Assembly: GCA_028534125.1 (NCBI GenBank)
Contig: CM052816.1
Location: forward strand, 60,948,001-61,012,000
Direction of reading: 5' to 3'
Length of the DNA stretch: 64,000 nt
Source of the DNA: Lama glama
Lineage: Eukaryota
In this document: one piece after another, positions 53,201 through 64,000 of the stretch
How positions within the stretch are numbered: the first letter of the stretch is position 1
How the letters are laid out: each line of letters opens with the position of its first letter
Made by a program: the position numbers and the translations under genes
Notes under the pieces: generated by a model
Databases searched by the model: none
What the model saw: the letters and a program-made list of their open reading frames with translations, nothing else
Told to the model about the DNA's origin: nothing

Positions 53201-55289
53201 CCATAAACACCAAAAGAATTTTGTAACGCTCAGTGACATCAAGGTTCCCATTTTTGTCTGAAAGCAACCAATGCAAAAGTCAGTATTCTAATTTGTACCC
53301 TGTCTCTTTTATATTTAGCAGAGTGTAATGCAAATTAGACAATACAGGCTTTTTGAAATTGTCTAGAATTAAGTAATTTCCATATTATTTCTTATTGTTA
53401 TAGAAGGCTTCTTTTTTCTGGATTTTCAGAATGATGGAAAAATTTAATAGATTTTTCTTTCTTGTTACCGACCAAAATAAAAAGATGTGTAGGAACAATT
53501 AACTACAAACATATAAACACTTTTCTTTTCCTAACGTACTAATCCAGTGGAATCTTTCCTTCTTTTTAAATATTTCAATACAAATTGGCTTTTGCCAATG
53601 AATTTTATAATAAATGCTTGATAAGTGAAATCCTTAGCTTATTATTTCCACAGCTGTAGCACAAATAATGATATTAAAAAATGGAAGGTTATGTACAGCT
53701 GTGTAACATTTTCTTAACACAGGAGCAAGAATGTTTCCAAAACTACTGAGGAGGAAAAGCTGATGTCCTGTACCCTGACGTCTGTATGGTTGCCTGATGT
53801 ATCAATAAATAATACTTGAAAATGTAATCAGTTAAATCCAGTTCATCTTTAAACCATGAATATAGTGGTTAAAGTAGAAATGTTTTTGCCTTTGTTCTTA
53901 AAGATAATGAAACATGCTATGGGATGAAAAGAAACTGGGGATAGGGAGCAGATGGGATTTTTGGCAAAGGGTAGGCAAGTCTGACTGTCGGCAGCAGGAG
54001 CTGGCTAATGCTCTAGCATACGGTGCTGATAATACCTCAATCAATTAAAGACGTGCCATCCAGGATTTGCCAGTCAGAAGACATCTTAACTACTTTTTCT
54101 CAAACCCAAGAGCAGCTTTGTAACAACCTCCTATGGGGCCAAGCAGCCAATTAAGGGTTCACTTTTTGACAGTCTGGCTGCTGTCAGTTTTTCAATGAAT
54201 GTACGTTCATGCCTGGAAATGTTACTAATGTGAAATACTGCAATTTGTATGATAGTAAGTCACCATCTGAACAGCACATGCATAATTTATTCATCATCCA
54301 CAAATATTTATTGAACTCAAATGTTGAGTGCTTTAATATGTACATAACAAATCTTTTGTTTTCAAAGCTGATTATGCTGCAAGTCAGCAGGGGGCTTCCT
54401 GTGAATGCCCAAAGCGCTTGCTCCTGCACCTCTCTTCAAGGCATTTATCACTTTCTTTTTATACTCTCTCCCCCAGTAAACACCAAAGTCATCTTTACCA
54501 TGGCTTAACAGACCCTACCCAAACGTGCCATATGTCTGATCCCTTGACCTTTTTCTCTCTGACTCTCTTCATGTGCGGATGAAATGTAAAATTCATTGTA
54601 GGGGAACAAACAGTCCTTTCTACGGTGTTGAGTATCTACTGCATACCCAGTACATCAGAGTGGATATAAAAGATTCTTCCATCAAGGAGTTTCTAATAGT
54701 TTTGGAAATGAGACTAAATACTACACATGATAATATGGGAATGAATACGTTGTTATTAAAGCATGTGGTATAAATTTTAAATATCAAATTATAGGAAAGT
54801 TCAGAGTTCAGATAAGGCATGATAAGGACTATCTCCTTGTATCCAGTTACCATGGTGACAGGACTAAACTGACAGCCTCTAAATCTTTCTCTCTCTCCCA
54901 TTACTTTTTCTGAGTACCAGGTGGGCATTTCTGATTGCTCCAAACTAAGGAAGTGCAAGACAAAATTTATTATTCCTGATTTCAGTTAGTGGCTTCACTA
55001 CCTATCCTCCAACTCCAGTCAGAATTTGGAAGTCACCTTTAATTGTGCCTTCCTAATTGCCTCCTTACCCCTGTCTGCATCTTATTAACCTAGCACTTCC
55101 TAAGTATGTCCTATATATCTGTTCCCTTCTCTAAACTTCCATTTCCAGTACCTTGGCTGGTGCCAAAGTCATCTCTGTTCTGGACTTTACAACAACCTTC
55201 TAACCATGTCACTAACTAACCTTCTTATCCCTGCTACTGCTATCCATTTGTTTTACACACAGAAGAGTGATCTTTCTAAAGTTCAAATA

Positions 55290-55510
55290 AAATTGTTAAT
55301 GTCTGCTAACAACCTGAATGAGGTTGGAAGAGGACCCCAAGCTCCAGATGAGACTGCAGCCCCGCTGCACTGACTGTAGCCTGTGGGACCCTGAGCAGAG
55401 GTCCCAGCCAAGCTGTGCCTGGACTCCAGACCCAGAGAAACTGTGATATAATATATGCATATTGTTTTAAATGGTAAGTTTGCAGTCAGAGCAATAGAAA
55501 CCTAATACAT
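55290..55510 (+). mobile_element. MLT1-type LTR 3' fragment
   Basis: CCAGATGAGACTGCAGCCC...GACCCTGAGCAGAG...GCAATAGAAACCTAATACA. Confidence 0.7.
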
Positions 55511-55849
55511 CTAGCCATAGTTCAGTGTCTACTTCTGCTTCCCATGACCCCTCTACTTCTACCCATCAGGGCTGGAGTGGAGCCTGTTTGACAGCCTAAA
55601 TCTTGGCCTTGTGCCTAGAAGTGTATTTCCCAAGTCCCTCCCCCAGACCTCACTCCACTGCCTTGAATCAGACCCCCTCAATTAATACTGGCCCTGGTGG
55701 GGCTTGTTAGATGTGAGGATAGGAAGGGTGCCCCACTCCCTTCCATCAGACCTGAGAGTGGCCAGAACGTCACTTGGAAAGGCTGTGTAACAGGCAGGAC
55801 TACTGATGTCATGCAAAGGACTTTATTCTGAGAGCAGTGAGTGGTACAA

Positions 55850-56510
55850 TTTTATTTGAACTTTAGGGAGCATATCACTAGACAAATAATCAATTCCAGT
55901 GGACTGTAGCCATCTTTAATCTATGGCTAATTCTTCCCCATTACTGAGGCAAGACTCTTCTGGGTACTCTACCTGATGTCTGTGAATAATGAGATTTTCC
56001 ACACATGCTGGTGGATAAGGGCATTTTTACTCACTTTTTGTGAGCACAGGGTACTGTCATTACAAGTGTTGGGCACTCTTACCTCAAATCTTTTCACGCA
56101 GTTCTTTATCCTGCCCTGAGGATTTTCCTCACACACATGCTGATCAGGACTCAGCTGAATCTCTGGAATTCTCCCCGCTCTGTGCAGCAATCTCCACTTC
56201 ATTGTTCTGCCCTGTGACTACACCTCTCTTGGTGTCCCTGGACTCTCAGCTCCAGCTCATCGATTTAGGGAGTCTGCCTGGCTTGCCTGAGCTCCCCTCT
56301 CCAATGCTCCATGGCTTACAAAGAAATACTCTTCAGGTAGTAAGCTGGGGACAGTCAATGAGTTCACCTCTCTTTCCACCCCCCCCATCCCTCAGGGATC
56401 ACTGTCCTTCACTGCCTGATACCCAGTATGTGGAAAATCATTATTTCAAATAGTTTGTCTGTTTCTCGTAATTTCAGGAGGGATGATAAATCCAACATGG
56501 CCAGAACAAT
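55850..56510 (-). mobile_element. Old L1 5'-end fragment (L1MC/MD-like)
   Basis: TCAGGGATCACTGTCCTT...GCCTGAT...AACATGGCCAGAA. Confidence 0.5.
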
Positions 56511-56631
56511 CAATACCAGCAAACTTAACTCTTAAATGTACATAGAAAAATTAAAATGTACATATAACTGAGCCAATTTTGAAAAACAAGAGCAAAAAGG
56601 GGAGACATCTGGTAAGATAAAGATTCTCTTA

Positions 56632-56765
56632 AGTGCTAGTCCCTAGACCATAAGCATCAGCATCGCCTAGGAACTTGCTGGAAATGGAAATTCCTGGGAA
56701 ACAACCCAGACCTACTTAATCAAAAGCCCTTGGGGTGAGGCCCAACAAGCCCTCCAGCTGATGTG
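56632..56765. mobile_element. MER5A within old L1 remnants (~56510-57900)
   Basis: CATCAGCATCGCCTAGGAACTTG...CCCAGACCTACT...AACAAGCCCTCCAG. Confidence 0.7.
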
Positions 56766-59139
56766 GTAAAGCTTGTGGTCAAGCCAGATATGGTTTTAGT
56801 TATAAAAGAAACATAGTACATAAAAGCAAATATAGAAAAACGTTAATGGAACAATCTAGATGATGGATGTTCTTTATAAAGCTTTCAAATTGGCTGGAAA
56901 AAAAAATGGCACAGATGTAAGAACAGAAAAACAGACCAAACGAATACTATAGAGAGCTCAGAAAGAGTGCATATGTATAAGGACTGTATATATAATAAAG
57001 AGTGCATCACAGGCTAATAGAAAGAAGATTTATTTACTAAATGATACAGAGAAAACACGGGACTTGATCCCAACTTTAGACCAAATAACCATGGTGGACT
57101 CCAAATGGATTAAAATCTAAATATTAATAATAGATATATAGATAATAGAAGTAAATGTGGGAAAACAGTGTTTTGACTCAGCAGTGACGAAGACAAGTAC
57201 AGCAAAGCATAAAAGATAGACTTGTCTCTGTCTATTTGAAATTTTTTTTTTAAAGATACCACAAAAAAGTTAAACAGTCTGGACTGGGAGAAGATACTTG
57301 CAATGTCTAAAATGAAAGGAGACTAATACCTGGAATAGACAAGACAATACTGCAAATCAGCCTCAAAAACAGCAGAAAAATGAGCAAAGGGAATAGGACA
57401 GTTACAGAGGGGTAAACCTTAATGGTGAACAAGTATATGTACTTGTAAAACCCATAAGTAATTAAAGGAATTAAATTTAAACCAATGTCAAAATAAAATG
57501 TTATATTCATCAAACATGCAAAAATTAGAAAGACACATAATACTGTTTGCAAGTATGTGAGGAAATGAGATCCATGTTTAGCTAATGAGAGTATAAACAA
57601 GGGCAAACATTCTGGAAAGTACTTTAGCAGTATTTTGTTGAAATTAATATTATCTATGACCTAGAAATTGTACTCCTAGGAATGTATTCTGGAGAAATTT
57701 TCACACAGGTTCAAAAAAATGACATGACTGAGGATACTCACCACTGCGGTATATATGGCAGCAGGGAGGTCAAGTAGAGGCAACCGAGGTCTTCATCACT
57801 ATAAAAATGGTAAGTCAAATGCAGTGGAGTCAAACTATACGTATATACATCATTGAGTGACAAGAAAACTATAGCTTATTGCATTTATTTGTAAAAATAA
57901 AGAACACACATAATTCTATATATCTATTCTTTGTATAATCATTATTCACCAACTTCGATTTTTCTGTCAGAACTTAAAATTAATCAATATGGAGAGTTTC
58001 TTTCAGAAAAAGTGTAATTCTCTTCTCACTTGCAGTGATCTGGTATTTTACATCTACACTGTTTACTATCAATACTAATTACACTCATTTCCACTACAAG
58101 TGATTTGGGTCACATTATTTCTTGGATCCCAAATCTACTTTTGAGATTAATTTTTCACTTTGTTCCAATACATCCCCTGGTACAATCTTATGAAAAGGCT
58201 ATGTGGGAGGTAAATCTTGAAACCTTGAGTTCCTGAAACTGTATTCTGCCCTCTGACTTAAATAACCTGAAAGTTTTGGATCTATTTCTTTACTGTATCC
58301 TTGCATTCAACCATGCTGATGAAAATTGTGAAGTCAACTTGATTAAGCTCACTTTGCAAGTGATTTCCTTCAAATTTTGGAATTTTGTAGGGCGTCCTTT
58401 ATACCTAATCTGAAATTTCATGGAGATGTATTTAGAGGTGTGCATGTTAGTTTTTGTTTGGTTACGAAGGGACTCATTTGGTCTGAGGACCTAGGTTGAG
58501 CTTCAGCTTTAGAAATATTCTTTTTTTCTCATTCTGTGTCTATATTTTCCCTTCTCCTTTAGATTCCTACTGGATCCACGCTGAAACATGAAGACTTTTC
58601 TGAATTCTTTGGCATTACATTCTATGGAATCCAGATCTAGAGAGCTGATTTGTTCTTTAGACATGTACTTCCTACTCTTCAGCACAGCTGTTCAATTTGT
58701 GACAAATTCTACTTTACATCATAAAGATATTTAAATACATTCATAAGTTTGTTTTGCAAATTCAACATTCTCACTTATCCATCAGAAGACACTGCTTTTA
58801 AATATTGATTTCTTCAGTGACTCTCTTTATAGCGTTGTTTTTCTTCAACTATTCAGCAACTATTGTTGCCATCTTAGTGTGAGCTTGTCTCAGGTTACCT
58901 GCTTACTGCAAACTACCCACACTGATGTTGGGTAAAGGGAAGGACATAGAACTGGTAAGCTCTGCCACTTCAAAATGGCTGTACTGGTTTTTCTTTCAAA
59001 CCTACACATCCACACTCACTGCTCCTGCCTTGTGCCAGACATCTCCTGCACACTACTTGACATAAAAAAGGTAGTAGTCCTAACCAGTTTCTTATGATGC
59101 AATGCCCCAACCATCACTAGAATTTGTTATTCTTTTACA

Positions 59140-59895
59140 GTTTATCCCTCTTCCACCCTATCCTTTACCCTTTAGTAACTGTAAGTTTTTTTCTATGTCT
59201 GTGAGTCTGTTTTGTAAATGAGTTCACTTGTGTCATATTTTGGATTGCACATGGAAGTGTTTTCATGTTATTTGTCTTTTTCTTTCTGATTTACTTCACT
59301 TAGTATGATAATCCCTAGGTCTATCCATGTTGCTGCAAATGGTATTAGTTCATTCTTTTTCATGGCTGAGTAGTATTCCATTGTGCATATATACATCACA
59401 TCTTCTTTATCCATTCATCTGTTAATGGACATTTAGGTTGCTTCCATGTCTTGGCTCTTGTAAATAGTGCTGCTGTGTACACTGGAGTGCATGTATGTTT
59501 TGGAATTAAGTTTTCTCTGGATATATGCCCAGGACTGGGATTGCTGGATTGTATGGCAACTCTGTTTTTAGTTTTTTAAGGAACTGCCATACTGTTTTCC
59601 ATAGTTGCTATACCAATTTACATTCCCATCAACTGTGTAGAAGGGTTCCCTTTTCTCCATACCCGTCAACATTTATTTGTAGACTTTTTGATGATGGCCA
59701 TTCTGACCGGTGGGAGGTGATTCCTCACTCGTTTTGAATTGCATTTCTCTGATAATTAGCAATGTTGAACATCTTTTCATGTGCCTATTGGCCATCTGTA
59801 TGTCTTCCTTGGAGAAATGTCTACTTAGGTCCTCTGCCTATTTTTTGATTCTTTTTACTGACTCTATGAGCTGCTTGTATATTTTGAAAATTATG
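59140..59895 (-). mobile_element. L1 3' fragment, antisense
   Basis: TGGCTGAGTAGTATTCCATTGT, ATGGACATTTAGGTTGCTTCCATGTCTTGG. Confidence 0.88.
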
Positions 59896-62079
59896 TAGAA
59901 TTATTCCTTGATCCATTGTTCTGTTTCTACTTTAGAGGCATCCCTGAAGCCAAATTCACCTTTCGTGGTAGAATCTTCTGGCCCCATCTGCCCTAAGCCT
60001 TTCAAGAATTCCTCAAAATTTATTTATCAAGTGCACTCCTTTGGGAAATAAATACTTTGGGAAATAAATACTTTTACCTATCATAATATTAAATTATCAT
60101 CTTTTGTCACTTCTAGGGATATGGACCGGAAGGGGAGCTTGAAGCATGAGCCAGTATACCTTGAACAATTTACTTTGTGAATTAAGCTTGCACATAGTTC
60201 CTCCTATTCTTGAGAAAATGAATGCTCCTTTGAAGGATGATCCAAATGTGTAAGATGTTTTAATATCCATTCTGGAATGGTATTGGTTCTAAGAGAGTAC
60301 TAGGTTTTGTCCTTCATGAAGATGGGAGCTTTACAGTCATCCATCCTAAAAACTCATGTTCCACATATTTTTTCTTCAATTTTGATTTTTATTTGATTTC
60401 TTCATTTTTAGTTTATTTTTCTTTAAGTTTTCTGGCAAAGAAACCAGTTGGGAAGAAGAGCAAGAACATAAAGAAAGATCCTTCTACAGCTTTGTCTCAG
60501 AGGAACAAAAGTAGTTAGATCGTGCTTAGATTTAAAGAAGGTCGATTCAGGAAAAATATTTATGGACAATAATTTTCACACAAAATAAAAATAGCTCTGT
60601 GAATCACAGGGGCAGGAAGTGGGGCAGAAAGGCATAATTTTATAGCTTGTATTTCTTCATTTACCAGGGATACATGAACTTCTCATATTTCATTCTGAAA
60701 TTAGATTGAGGGCTGATTGAGAAGTTAGATGGGCGAGTCATAATTGTCCCTAGGTGTTATATTTGGAAAAAGAATTGTAACAGTAGGATCATTTTTCAGC
60801 CTCTTTCTTAAGAATTCTATCTAGAGGCTTAGGATTACCTTAATCGTCCTCTAAAAACCTGAGGACATTCTACTGAGATATCCTCCCAACATAAAAGAGT
60901 TTCAGTTTAGAATGGGCTTCTCAGGTGCTCAGATGGTAGGCCTGTACATTTTGGAGACCACGTGTTTTAATTTTGCAAATTGCTTCATGAAGTCCTAAAA
61001 GGAAAATAACATTTTCTTAAGAATTACCCCAAACTGTAAATGACTGTGTTTGCTAACTCCTGGGCTTAAACATTCTGCAGAGGTAAAGAAATGGTAGCCT
61101 TAGATAGAAGATGGTCAACCTTTTCTGGATTTCTGCTAGAAACAAGGGGAATAACTACAAGTTTGAGCTGGCTGTTTATATAATCTAGGTTACCAAGTGT
61201 AGTATCTTGTTCCTTTGTACATCATCAATTATGAGTATTCATTAATGCTTTTGATGAAACAAAATTTTAGTTTTGATCTCAATACCTTTCATAAAAAATC
61301 TATTTACTGTACATTAAACCAAACGGATAAACTAATAAGAATTTCAACAAAGAATGAAAAAAATACGCTTTCAAATATACTTGACTGATCTCGAACTAAA
61401 AAAATTTCTATCCTAATGGCTTCCTTCAGAAGTAAAAAAACATTAATTTAAGGTAAACTTACACTTTCTCCATACCCAGAAATACAAGGGAATAAATGGT
61501 CCAAGGAAACAGTTGTTTATCTTTCTTTGACAATTCTTCTCACCTTGAATTTCATAAAACAAATCACACATCTTTAAACAGCATTAGTTTATTACCTATT
61601 TGCTGTTACTTTAAACAATCTAGATTATATATAACAAAAATTTGGAATGTTTTATAAATGCCGATTGATAAAAATATTACATAGCTGCTAAATGGATTTT
61701 CTCTTAAGCACAGCAATTACTTAAAAAGTTTAGCTCTGGTCATGGCAATGTTTGTATTTAAAGAATTTTCAAGTATATACACATCTTCAAGTCTAACAAG
61801 AGGTCAGAAAAATATTTATAAAATAAATATGTAGGGGGTTTTAGAATTTCATGGACTTAGAGAAACTGATGATTCTTTAATGAATCAGCTTAAAACTTTA
61901 GTTTGTGTAAACAACTCTGTACTGGACATATAATTTTTAAAGGCTTAAAAAATATGACAGTTTTGGTTTTGATGGTTTGCTACATAATACTTATTCAAAA
62001 TAAGTACGTCAATCATCGGTATGGGCCTTAACTACAAATTACTCAGTAATATAGAAACTAAAAATGTCTTCTCTATTTC

Positions 62080-64000
62080 CTCAAAAGATTTAAATTATTA
62101 CTTTTATTCAAATTTAAAAATTTTATCATTACCAAAACAAAAATCCTAATGAAGAGTTCTTATTGTTTAATTTTAATTTTCCAGTATTTGAGATGAAAAC
62201 TCTGGCTATTAGTTTAAGAGAAAGCTATTTTGCTATTCGTTTTTTTATATCATGTGTCACTTTACTCATCTTGGTAGCAAACTTTCTTACTTGACTTTAT
62301 GTGTTACGAGAACGTTAAAAATTTATTTAACTAGAATAAAATACTAGTGCATTTAACACTTGCATTACTTGCAATATTTCACTATAATATGCAGACAGCT
62401 AACTAAAAGGTTAGATCACTGATGAATCAATTGTTCTTTGTGGCTTATTTCCTTTTCCAAAATTATAGTCTGTGTATCTGATTCAAGGTAAGAAATTTGA
62501 AAATGTCATAATTATACGTATTTGATATATTCCTTGCTAAAAGCAGAATGTGACTGTGAAAAATTGATTAAAACCAATAAAAAATGATGGGAATAATTTT
62601 AGAATGTCAAAGTTAATATTTTAAAATAAACTATGAATAAAGGGAACACCGAGGCTTGTCTTAAAGAACTGTTTGTCATTCTTTTTTTAGAGATTACAAC
62701 ACACATACAATAAATGAATTTTATCAAAATACAGCACATTTCATCTACTATATCTATAAAAATCAATTCCTATGTAAATAGTAATGAAAATCAACTAAAA
62801 TGAGTTAAAATTTACAAAGAGTTGTTAAAGGGTTTCAATCAATATTATTAAAACTATACAGTACAATAACCAATTGATAACATCTTGAAAGAAGTGCAAT
62901 ATTTGAGTTCACATCTTTTTAAAAGTACTGCCTGTTTACTCTGACTAGCAAGAAACGAACGAGTCCAACTCACTTTCGCAAAAATAACACAGATTGCTGT
63001 TTTTGCTAGTCCTATAAAAGTCTTAATTAAAACAAGGTTGAAAAACAAAGCATAACAGACTAAAATTCCAAAATTATATTTCTTAGTAATTAAAAATGAA
63101 TTGCAATAACCGAATATTGCTCTAATGAAAGGCTCCAGACTAGCCTCGACTAAAAACAGTTATTGGTCTTCTATGGCACTTTGTTCTGGTCCAAATAACC
63201 ATGCATTAATTCTTACCATTGCATGTTACTCAAATTTTATTTGATTACATAGACAGAACAAAAACAAATAAAATTGATGGTCTGAATAAACAAAATTAAT
63301 AAACCTCCATCAAATATTTGTTACACTAACAAGGAACGAAGGCAGTTGGTGGTAAAACACTATTACACTGATACACTTAGAAACCCTTTAAAGACTCTGA
63401 AGTGTCGAGTTCACATTTAATGTTACCTCTAGGAACAGCCCTTTATTCGAACACCTTTACACACTGGTAGGCCTCAAGGACCCATCCCTTTGCTCTGCAA
63501 CTCTCCACAGCAATTCTCTATCACTGTGCCAGTTTCACAAACTTGCTTTGGTTTCCTAGCTCCATGCGTACTGTTTCCTTTTACTTTACCAAGGCCATGT
63601 GAGGCCAAACAAAATCAAGAGGCTTTCCTAAAACTTCTTACATTTTGTGTTACAGCAACACAATCCTAAAACTGGCCATTTTAATTTCATTCGTTGCTTA
63701 AAATATAAATTAGAAATTAAGATTAAGATGGAGTTCTAGTTATAAAACAGATCATAAGTACCACCATTTGCGAAAAAAATCAAGGTGGATTTCCATATCA
63801 CAGAAAATGCATGGACAAAAGAAAGAAAAAGAAAATGCATGGATATGCACCTACGGTAGTTAAAAATTTGTGACTAAAAAATTAAAAATTGAATCATAGT
63901 AGCAAATGTAATAGTCAATGGCCATGACAAGAACAGATCCTGTGGAGCTCCTAAAATGCAAATTATTGTCTTTTTTTATTTCTTTAAAAAGACATTACAT
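62080..64000 (-). other. ERBIN: 3' UTR of the upstream neighbour gene, probably ERBIN (CDS outside window)
   Basis: AT-rich stretch with no recognisable repeats and several minus-strand AATAAA (62103-62108, 63236-63241, 63442-63447, 63975-63980); ERBIN lies upstream of SREK1 in the same orientation in mammals (recalled synteny); no coding sequence visible to confirm. Confidence 0.55.

Noticed and set aside
53995..54040. Faint tRNA-Ile-like GGTGCTGATAATACC motif
   Set aside because: Too short and degenerate; no B-box or acceptor stem
1..64000. CRISPR array, operon or prokaryotic defence system
   Set aside because: Intron-exon mammalian locus; no regularly spaced repeat-spacer structure or long intronless ORFs seen

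Overview
Mammalian genomic DNA, AT-rich and repeat-rich, probably camelid judging by its tRNA-derived SINEs. The left ~37.4 kb holds 11 coding exons of the SR-related splicing regulator SREK1 (SFRS12/SRrp86) on the minus strand. They run from the ATG at 37336, in a CpG-island promoter, to the exon ending at 1082. All splice phases are consistent (GT-AG, 1743 nt = 581 codons); the final coding exon lies off the left edge. 38-60 kb is intergenic transposon debris (Charlie1a, L1, L2, MLT1, MER44, MER3, MER5A, a near full-length Tigger1 nested in an old L1, SINEs). The last ~2-3 kb looks like a minus-strand 3' UTR, most likely ERBIN by synteny. I see no prokaryote-type or wholly new gene system. 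The most interesting signals are regulatory: a CpG-rich candidate poison exon and a second stop-introducing acceptor in repeat-poor SREK1 intron 2; a candidate alternative first exon in frame with exon 3; a palindromic CTCF + RFX site downstream of the EK exon; and several tiny retro-insertions. Repeat names come from recalled consensus sequences and repeat boundaries are approximate.
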